Assembly: GCA_964035575.1 (NCBI GenBank)
Contig: OZ037833.1
Coordinates: 1,054,001-1,118,000 of the forward strand
DNA: 64,000 bases
Source: Rhynchopus sp. YZ270_cl-10
Taxonomy: Eukaryota
Reading direction: 5' to 3'
In this document: one piece after another, positions 46,601-57,400 of the stretch
Position numbering within the stretch: position 1 is the stretch's first letter
How the letters are laid out: each line of letters opens with the position of its first letter
Notes under the pieces: model-generated
Database searches by the model: none
What the model was told of the DNA's origin: nothing
Seen by the model: the letters and a program-made list of their open reading frames with translations, nothing else
Position numbers and translations under genes: made by a program

Positions 46601-49600
46601 GGGGCGAAAAAATTTTTCGGCCAATTTTTCCCCACAAAAAATCGAAAAAAGTTACTTGTGTCTCTTCGTGTTGATAAGTATCGTGTTGCATTGCAGCATC
46701 CACACCAGTTCCACAGTGACCTCGTTCTGTACTTCATGATTTTCCCCACTCCCTCTGTAGTTACTCTTATCTTGTCCTGGTTTTGCCCATCAATCCTCTC
46801 TTTCCGTTCTCACCCTTTTTACCTGTTTTCTTGTCATCCCGTAGTACTCTGTTAACCTGCTAGTAACCCTGTTTACCTAGCCCCCATCTACTCGTATTTA
46901 CCTTGTTATCCTTTCTTCTCTTCTACCCGTGGTACCCTGTTTACCCTTTTTTTTTTTTTTTTTTTTTTTTTAAACACCGTGTTGTTCGACTCTACCCAAC
47001 TCGTCTCTTCCCTTTGGTTGTTGTGATCATGACTTGTATTATCACTGAAGTACAGAAAAACCCAAATCGTCTCGTTTGATTGTTGTGAACATGTCTTGTA
47101 GAATTCTGTGAAGTTTGTGGACTGGTGCGGAGCACAGACATGGGATGGGAGGGGCTGTCTATAGGGGGTGGGGTTGGGTTGCTAGGGGGTAAAAAGAACT
47201 GGTGAGGGATACTTATCCCCTTCATCGCGACAGAAACTTTCCTTGTATATTGCATATCCCCAAAAAGTTACTTGTGTCTCTTCGTGTTGATAAGTATCGT
47301 GTTGCATTGCAGCATCCACACGCTGGACCCTGAGGACCCCTTAGGGACGTGAGGCACCCTGACTCACGGGGCTACATCGGGTGCTGTATCGACTTCGAAG
47401 CAGACAGGTCAGCCACGTTCACCTGCCGCACGCGACCGCAGCGTAAACACACCCCGTAACAAAACATCCGCCTTCTACTCGGCGATACCCGTGCCGTACA
47501 AAGTTTGCGCCATGCCCCGTTTCCGAATATGTCCACCATCAATCTGATCCGACACCCTTGGACCATGCCTGACGCCACCCGTAGACCGCACAACTGCCTC
47601 CCCGAAACGTCCATAATACCTACTGCTTGCTCCTCCCCTTCGACGTACACACCCCACCTTAGCTCGATGCGTCCGTCCACACAGTCAAAGACTCGGTAGG
47701 GGGCAAATGCTACCACCCGTTATCTTCCACCAACCCAGGCGATGAACGAGCTCCCTACACCCACCTCGGAACCTGCACCCATACGTCCCACGCCGCCTTG
47801 TCCGTCGAACAAGCTCCCGCTACGCGCCGGACGTAACATCGTCGCGGCCAAGAATGCCATAGGTACCTGCGTCACGTACAACTGCCACACCAGACTCCCA
47901 AACACGCGAAAAACCCTCCGCGGAGACATCTCACTCGCTGTCCCCGCAACTTCGTCAGCCAGCTCACATACGGTGTGCGTATCGGATCAGATCAGACCAA
48001 ATGCCGGAACTCTCTCAAAACTGAAATGGCCTCCCGTGTACCTCTGAGCAGTTCACCGTAATATACACCGTTCGCAGCGACCCCGGAAAAACACTGCGCA
48101 CGCAATACGTCCCCACAAGCCCCCTAACACCAAAAGGCTATCGTCCCACGCTACACCCTCATCCGTCCGCAATAGAAACTCGCCGTACGGTGCGCAATCG
48201 TCGGTACGTCCTCACCCCATGCACATACACAATACGTCTCTGTCTACCGGAAATTGGAATTCACGTCCAGTACCTCCTACGCCGTACGAGGACATTGATG
48301 CGATGTCCGCAGGTCCCACCAAACATGTCGTGCAGCGGTCGAACACCAAAACGGAACCTCCCCGAACGCTTTTGCACTGTGTGCCCGCCAAGTCTAAACC
48401 CTGCCTTCTATATAAAAAACGCTCCAAAGGCAACACTACTTTGTACTCCATCAATCCCTCCATGTGCTAATCGCAGGTGGTAAGAAATCACTGCGGGGGT
48501 CTTCCGTGCCAGCTCGTGCAGCATCCCCGTCCTTGACGCCGCCCTAAACGCCTCTGGAGACCTAATGAGGTCCGTGACCCCCAACCAGCTTTCCGTCCCC
48601 GTCCAGTGCACGCAGCTCGTCGAGGCCCATGCGCGTCACACAAATTGCCGCCAAACGCTCTTCAGACTGAGACCTCCGCCTCTCATCCGGATCGCCCCAC
48701 CAGTCGACAAAACCTCGTCGTAACCACACTCTACACCATCCCCCTTCTGCCATGTCCCTGGCCCAATCCACCAAAAAACTCATCCCCCTCGTACTTCTGT
48801 GCGTAACGCCAGCGGTTCCGAGAACGCCGCCGTATCCTCCACGCGCAACCCCCTATGCCATAAGCGCGTAACACACCGTCCCATCACCGTCGCTTTCGCG
48901 AGCCGCACTGTACCATCAACATAAAATAAAATAAAAACACGCTTCAGGCCCGGACAGCACGACCCTAAACGATGTCGTCACCCTGCGGAGACGCCGGTTC
49001 TGTCTGCTTCGAGCACCACCGCCCTCTGCCTGTTCAGCGCCCTCTGGAGGTCTGCCTCGACCTGGCCCGACACGTCTATCCCTGAACCTCTTCAACCCGT
49101 ACACCACGTTTGCAAAGTGCTGTACCCTTTATCCCTTTACCTTTTTATCCCTTTACCTTATTTCCCTGTACCTTTTATCCCTCTACCTTTTCCCCTTCTT
49201 CTTCTTCATCTTCTCTTTTTTTTTTTTTTTTTTTTTTTTGATTTTTCGTCCCTCTTTACTGCCCGTCCCCCTGTTGCCCCAATATGACCCCGCTCAGGCT
49301 CCGTTCATCGTGCTTTTGACCCATCGTTTTTCTCTTCATTCTCATGTTTCGCGCTAACTCTCTCTGTTATTAGTCTCCCCTGTTCTGTAACCTTTCCCCC
49401 CCACCCCCCCCCCCCCCCGTACCCCACCTCCACGATAGCTATGTCTCTGATTGCTCGTTCCCCTTCCCCCCGGGGTAAACCTGTTCTCCTTTCCCTGTGG
49501 CCTCCAGTACGGATCGTAATGAGGGAACGTAATGCCCCGTACCCCCCTTCGGGTACAAACCCCACGCCAGCACTCACCGAAGATTAACTGTACCCGCATC

Positions 49601-51415
49601 AATGGCCTTTGCCGCATTCGCATACGTCACCGTCAATCAACCACCGTGCAGCGCCGCGACCCCGACGTCAGCACGTTCCCCAAAGTTCACTCGCGGCGTC
49701 GAACCCGTTCCACACAGCGTTGGGAGTTTTCCCTGGGCCGAGGCAGCGACCTCGTCCGTCGAAGTACTGTTTTAGTTGTATCACCACTTCTGGAGTCTGC
49801 GGAATAACTTTGATTTTGCTGAAGATCTGTTTGTACTGTTCATCCACTGAGAGAATATGTGCCGTACGGATATCAGTTTGTTCGAAACCTTTCACCATCG
49901 ACTACAGGCAGCACACCCGCTTTACCATCAGACAGAAGACTCAACGTGTGGCTCGTGTGCTTCACAATGTCGCCCACAGTCAACAAATGGAGGCATGTGT
50001 AAGATGAGAACTGTACCAGATAGGCTGCCAGACTGCAGCAAAGAGGCACCATGGCAGTAACATTGCGAACGTGCTCGTCGGGAGTTCATGATTTCCTTAA
50101 AGTAAACGCGCGCATCGCCGCCACCCTCTTGAGCTGGTGGACGGTCCTTTCCGGCTGCCGCGGGTGGTAGCCCTACTCCTCGTTGCTCACTACCGTCGCG
50201 ACATTCTTCGCCTCCTCCTTCTGCAATCGCCTCTCAGCAGCAGTACGTGCACACCCACCCCACGGCAGAGAATACGTCCAGCCACCCGCGCGCTACTCCA
50301 TGCATAGTCTTCCCCCGCCTTCCCACGCTAGTCATCGTGATAACCCCATCGTAATAGTCCGGTTACATGCAGTCCGTGTATCCCGTCCCCCCAGAAGCCT
50401 CCTTTATTCCCCATATTATTCATGATCTTCGTCATGTTTCTTATACTCTCTCGTTCACCCCATTCCTTCCCTGTGGCTTCCCGGTCACCTACCTTCCCTG
50501 TTCCCTGCTCGTGACCCTGTTTACCTGGCTTTTTGTCTTCCCGTGGTATTCTCTTTTCCTGCTAGTAACCCTGTTTACCTAGCCCCTGATACCTATATTT
50601 TCCTCTTTTCATGTTTCCTTTTTCTCTTGTCTTCCCGTAATACTCTGTTCACCTGCTAGTAACCCTGTTTACCTAGCCCCCCTCTACCGGTACTGACCTT
50701 GTTTCCTGGCTGTTCTCTCGTCTTCCCGTAGTACTCTGTTAACCTGCTAGTAACCCTGTTTACCTAGCCCCCATCTACTCGTATTTACCTTGTTATCCTT
50801 TCTTCTCTTCTACCCGTGGTACCCTGTTTACCCTTTTTTTGTTGTATCGACAATCACCTACCGAGGTAGGATCTGTACACAATGTCGCCCTAAGGCTTTG
50901 TACTTAATCGGTATGGACGGAGGCCATCCTCAACCCTAGAAAGTAGCTTTTATTTGTTGATTTGCATTCAAAGTGCTGTTTTATACACAAAAGTTGCATC
51001 TTCAAAGTTTTAGAGTAAGGGGGTGGGTTAAAAGGGGTCACGTGAAGAAAATAAAGTAGTTGGCAAAAATTTCAGTACATCATGTTTCAGTCCTAACTGC
51101 ATACATTGGTCGTAACAGAGGGGGACATCGTCAGTGCAAGACCCTCCGTGATGTAAAGAGATTAAGCCACTGTTGCTATTATCAAACAGTTTTCCATGGT
51201 CTACTTGTCTTTTCTTAGAACTCAAAACCACAAAACCAAACGTATAAAAACATTTGCGACTTGGCTTCTGTCAGCTGGCAAGGGAGGTGTCGCTAGTTCT
51301 CTCGTCTTCCCGTAGTACTCTGTTAACCTGCTAGTAACCCTGTTTACCTAGCCCCCATCTACTCGTATTTACCTTGTTATCCTTTCTTCTCTTCTACCCG
51401 TGGTACCCTGTTTAC

Positions 51416-51448
<33 letters not shown>

Positions 51449-54400
51449 ACCGTGTTGTTCGACTCTACCCAACTCGTCTCTTCCCTTTGGTTGTTGTGAT
51501 CATGACTTGTATTATCACTGAAGTACAGAAAAACCCAAATCGTCTCGTTTGATTGTTGTGAACATGTCTTGTAGAATTCTGTGAAGTTTGTGGACTGGTG
51601 CGGAGCACAGACATGGGATGGGAGGGGCTGTCTATAGGGGGTGGGGTTGGGTTGCTAGGGGGTAAAAAGAACTGGTGAGGGATACTTATCCCCTTCATCG
51701 CGACAGAAACTTTCCTTGTATATTGCATATCCCCAAAAAAAAAATTTCTTTCCCGATTCTCCGGAGTCGTGCGTGTTGTGGTGGGGTCATTTTGCGCTGA
51801 GAAATGAGTATTTTGTACCTAAAATGCATGTATCAGTTTTACAGGCTATTTTCAGGTTTGGTGCGGAGCCCCACCCCTCACCTTACCCCCCACAGAACTC
51901 TATTTTCAGATGACAATTTTCTTTTATTTTAGTTGAAAAGGAAGCATGCGGCATAGCGAAAGAAGAAAAGTAGCGTACCGTGCGCCTGCGGCGCAAGCTT
52001 GCACTCTTCCCATGTCGTAGTTTGGCTGTAAAATGTTCAATTGTAAGCGCATTTTTTTGAAATGTTGCGTACCGTGGCTTCGCCAGAAGCTTTCGTTTTT
52101 AGCGAAATACGTAAGTAAAATTTACGGAAAGTGACGTTAATTACGAACGACAGCGCCATTTTATGGCAACATTTTTCAGAAATGTTGCGTACCGTGGCTT
52201 CGCCTGGAACCTTTGGATGCCATGACCGCCTCTTCTTTTATAGATGCACTGAGGTTACTGATACGGCTGACACCCACTACGGCTTGTGGTTCACCTTCCC
52301 CACCCGCCTTTCACGATTTTGTGCATCAGAGGTGAGAAAGAGCCTCACCTTCTTGCACTAGCAGGGAGTCGCGCTGCGCGAAGCGCGCGCAGCGACCGCT
52401 TTTTCCGGGGGGAAAGCTCGGGACCCTTTTATTATGCACACTGACTATGTCAGTATGGGTGGGAAAATTTTTTTTACCCCCTTTTTTTACCATACATTAG
52501 AAGTACATTAGAAGTACATTTTTTTGACTTTATTTTGGGGCGGGCCACACCACGGATGGGATTTTTTTTTTATTTTTTTTGAAAAAAATATTCTCAGATC
52601 CGGGGAGTCAAAATGAATCAAATGCGGGGTCGGACGATAAAAAATTTGCATCTGGGTTCTCTGAGTGACTTTTTTGCAAAAGTATACGGAATTTCATGGA
52701 ATGGGTGATATCAGTCTTTCGGTAATCCCTGCCCCAAGTGTGGGGTATGCGCCAAGTGTGGCGTGTGCGTGTGGGTTAACTCAGAAACACAGTTACTTTT
52801 CCAACAACTCATCATAAAAAGGAAAAAGGAAAACAACAAAACCACCAGAAGAAGAAGAAGAGAGGGAGGGAAAAACACATACTGCACTTTGCCGGGGTAA
52901 GAATGTGGTAGTCCTCAGAGGTTGTGCAGTGGCACTCCCAGTCACCCTGCACACTTGGGTTGTGGTTAGGGTCGTAGCAACGCTGGCCAGAGGCAGCACA
53001 GATGTCGACAAACTCGCTCACAGGTGCGCCTGCAGGGGCAGGTGCACGCTCGTTCGCACACGTCTGCTGCTTGCTGATAAGCGCACTGCAGACACCGCTC
53101 TTCTTGTTGAAGGCACTGTCGGCAACAATGCACCAGTCTCCCTCCTTTGCCTTGTCCGGGTTGCAGCATCCTGTGTTGCAGTTCTCGTCAAGGCCGGGAC
53201 CGCCGCCGTTGATGCCGCTGACCTTCCAGCCGCACGCACACTCGCAGCCGTCGTTCGTGTAGCGCTTGAAGTTGTCGCACTTGCGTGCACCTGTCATGGT
53301 GATGGCAAGGCACTCATCCACAAGGCAGCTGTCAACAGCATGCGCAACGGCCGCTGTTGTCGACGGGGCCTGGCACATGCACACCCAGTCACCCAGGCTC
53401 TGCACAGACAGGTTCGGGTCCTCGCAACGCTGGCCCGCACCCGCGCAAACGTTGACAGCCTTCTCGTTTGTGCGCGCGCACGTTGCACAGATGTCCTCGC
53501 ACTCGTCGATCATGCACTGTGCAGGGGCACGCACCCCAGCAGTGCCACGGTACGGCGGCATGCACCCACACCTGAAGTCGTCTGCCGACGAGTTCCCTGG
53601 GAAGCAGCGCTGACCCGCATCCGCGCACACGTCCAAGTTCGCAGCGTCCTGGCACGCCCCCGTGTACGTGCACGATGCAGGTCCAGCGTACATGTATCCC
53701 GACGAAGGTGCCGGGCAGTTGCACGTCCAGTCGTTCAGACTCGCCGCAGCAGTGTTCTGGTCAATGCACACCTGTCCCACCACTGTGCACTTCCCGCCGT
53801 ACAGGTTGCACTCGTCAAGCAGGCATGTAGCAGGTCCGGCCACGGCCTTGCCAGCCGCAGGCGCAATGCACTGGCACACCCAGTCTCCGCTTGTCTCGGC
53901 ATGCATGTCCGGGTCAACGCACTCCTGGCCCTTACCCTCGCACGTCACTCCGTTCAGCGTGCACTCGTCAACCATGCACTCCGCCTTGTGGAGAGCAGCC
54001 TCTCCCTTCCCGACCTCGCACACGCACGACCAGTCGGAACGGCTGTCCGGTGACTTGTCGTGGTCCACGCACTTCTGCCCGGCCTGCGTGCACATGTGCA
54101 CTGCACCCTGCTGCGCACACGTCGTGCACTCCGCCGTGCACTCGTCCAGCACACAGGATGCCGCCTTCCCAGCAGCCTCACCCACGAAGGGCGGAATGCA
54201 CCTGCACGACCACACGTCCTCCTTCTCCACGCACATCTCGAGCGGCCCGCATGCAGACCCGAACTGCGCACACAGTGTGTCCTGCTTGCAATCCGTCGAC
54301 GGCGCACCCCTGTTCGGCTCCCCAGTACCGTCCGCACACTGGCACACCCAGTTCTCAAACTCCGATGCCACACCCTGCTGAGGGTCGAGGCAGGTCTGTC

Positions 54401-57400
54401 CCTTCGCCCCACACACCGCGTTTCCGTTCGGGCGCTTGCTCCACGCCTCCGGCGCCGTGCACTCGTCGACCACGCACACTGCCGCCTCACGCTGTCCCGC
54501 GGTTCCGTGGTACGGGTACATGCACTCGCACACCCAGTCCCCGGTCTTTGTGTAGTCCTTGTCCACACAGTGCTGCACCTCCGCCCCTGTTGTGTCCTTC
54601 ACACGCGAGCACGCCGCACGGTTCTCTGCATTGTAGCACTCGTCCACGCTGCACACAGCCGCCGCACCCACCATCTCCCCAGACGCAGGCGCACGGCACG
54701 AACACTTCCAGTCCGCAATGCTTGTCGCTGCTGTGTCCGGGTCCATGCAGTCCTGCTCCGCAGACGCGCATGCGTGTGTCAGCGACCCTGGCTTCGTTGC
54801 ACACGACGAGCACGTCGCACGGCACTCGTCCAGCATGCACACCGCCACTGCCCCCCTGGTGTGTGATCCTGCCTCGGGCGACACGCAGCGGCACTCCCAG
54901 TCGTCCGCCACAGCCGGGTTCGGGTCCACACAGGTCTGTCCTGCCTTCGTGCACACCTCTGCGATCTCCTGCTTCTCGCACTCCCCCGTGTACACACACG
55001 TCGCTGCCTTCGCAATAGCGAAGCCCTCTGCAGGCGCCACACAGCGGCACTCCCAGTCACCACGCACCTGTGCAGACGTGTCCTTGTCGAAGCAGGTCTG
55101 CCCCAGCGCCGTGCACTCGCTTCCGGCGAACAGGCACTCGTCAAACTTGCAGTCCGCAGCCCCGAGCATCTTGCTCCCCGTCCAGGGCTCGTGGCATGCG
55201 CACATCCAGTCGTTCAGCGAGTCTCCGGCCGTGTTCTTGTCTGTGCACGTCTGCTCCGCAGCTGCGCACACCTTTGCCTTCTCGTCTGTGTCACACTCGT
55301 TCACGGTGCACACCGCCACTGCCGCCACCGCCGACATGTCCGACCCGGCACACTTGCAGCGCCAGTCTCCCTTCCCGGTCACAGGGTTCATGCTTCCCTC
55401 CTGGCACGTCTGTCCCGCCTTGTCGCACACGTTACCGGCACCGTGGTCGGCACACGTCGCACAAACCGCCGTGCACTCGTCAAGGATGCACACTGTTGCC
55501 GCCCCCACCTTCGTCGGCCCTGTCTGCGGCTCAATGCATGCGCACGAGCCGTCTTCCAGAATGCTTGCCGCGGGCACGCACGCCTGTCCCAGGAACGTGC
55601 ACGTCTCGCCGTGCTGCACGCACCACGAGCTCGGCGGCAGCACGCACTTTGCGGCCTTCCCCTTCGCCACCTTCGGTGTCTCACCCGGCTTCGCCGAGCA
55701 CGCGCACGTCCAGTCTCCGGTGCTGCGTGCGTCCGTGTTCGGGTCCTGGCACGTCTGTCCTGCCGACGTGCACACCGCAGCCACGTCTGTCTCCAGGCAC
55801 TCATCACGCAGACACGTTGCAAGCTTCCCCGTCACACGCCCGATGCTTGGTGGAGGGCACACGCACTCCCAGTCGTTCAGACCCCCAAGCACCGCCTTGT
55901 TCGGGTCGTTGCAGGTCTGCCCGGCCGCACCGCACAGCTGTGCCAGGCGTCCGTTGTTCATCTTGCACTCGTCCAGCGTGCACACGGCCACAGATGCCAC
56001 AGACTCCCCAACGGCGTCTCCAACACACTTGCACATCCAGTCCTCAACGTCTGCCGGCGACGTCGACGACTCCACGCAGTGCTGTCCAGCCACATCGCAC
56101 AGGTTTCCGAACCCCTTGTCCGCACACGTAGGGCACTCCGCCGTGCACTCGTCCAGCACACACGTCGCCGTCGTCATGAGAGCAGGCACACCCGTCGCCG
56201 GGTCCACGCACTTGCACACCCAGTCCCCAGTCACAGCTGCGTCCGGGTCGTAGCACGTCTGCCCCACCTGCTCGCACACCTCCGCAATGCTTGCCGTCTC
56301 GCACTCACCCACGTACACGCACGCCGCAACCTTCCCGGTCGCAGACCCTGTCGCAGGCGACGGGCACACACACTCCCACGTGTTCTCCGTCGCCTTGTCC
56401 GCGTCCTTGCACAGCTGTCCCGCCGCAGAGCACACCTGCCCGTTCTTCTCGCACTCGTCGATCTTGCACGACCCAGCCTTCCCGACACTCGGGTCTCCGC
56501 TCGCCGGCGAAACGCACTCGCACCGCCAGTCACCAGAGCTCGTCGCACTCGTGTCCGGGTCGACGCACACCTGGCCCGCCTTCGTGCACAGGTTCTCCGG
56601 CTTCGCCGGTGCCACTCCCGACGCCAGCACCGCGCACGTCTGCACCATCTCCCCCGCAGTCACGAGGTCCTGGCACACGGCCGTCGTCTGCACAGGCTCC
56701 AGCAGGCACCACGCCCCCGACGCCACGACGTTCGGGTTGCAGCACCCAGCCAGACAGCCCACCTCAATACCAGCACCGTGTGCCCCGGGGTACTGCGCCG
56801 CATCCTGCACCTGCCAGCCACACTGGCACGCACACCCGTCGACCGTCGTCCGCGGTGTGTCATGGCACGTGTGTGCACCAAAGTTGCTTGGCTGCCAGCA
56901 CTCGTCCACCTCGCACGTCGCAGGGCCACCAAGCGCAGCCTTCTCCCCTGCCGCACACTGGCACTTCCAGTCACGTGTGCTCTCCGGCGACGTGTTCGGG
57001 TCCGTGCAGAGCTGCCCGGCCTTCGCACACACGTTACCACCCCCGCTGTCCGCGCACGACGTGCACTGCTCCACACACTCGTCCAGCACACAGACTGCTG
57101 CCGCCGCCACAGCAAAGGTCTTCCCCTGCGCGCAGTGGCACTCCCAGTCACCCTTGTTCGTCGGCTGCGGCTTAGGGTCAATGCACACCTGTCCCCCTGC
57201 AGTGCACGTCTTCACATTGTCGTCCACGAGACACTCGTTCTCGAAGCACACTGCCGCACTCGCCACCGCAATTCCAGACGTCGGCGGCGGGCACGTGCAC
57301 GTCCAGTCTCCCTCGGACGCCGCAAGCTTGTTCGCGTCAGCGCACGTCTGCCCATCCGCGCACTTGTGTGCGTTCTGCTCGCACTCGTCAATCAGGCACA

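Larger units (their letters stand above)
46469..52552. mobile_element. TGGTGTGGC-TIR family element nested in the outer element
   Basis: 12-bp perfect TIR TGGTGTGGCCCG; 5-bp TSD CGGAT at 46464-46468 and 52553-52557. Confidence 0.88.
45704..52707. mobile_element. Outer TIR element filling the 7.2-kb intron
   Basis: TIRs CACCCATTCCA(C/T)GAAA..CCGTATAC; ATAT on both flanks (45700-45703, 52708-52711); internal direct repeats 45745-45832 and 46297-46384. Confidence 0.8.

Noticed and set aside
47041..47070. AAGTACAGAAA, a partial match to the reverse complement of a euglenozoan spliced leader
   Set aside because: Only about 11 nt match, with no GT donor or SL-RNA context.
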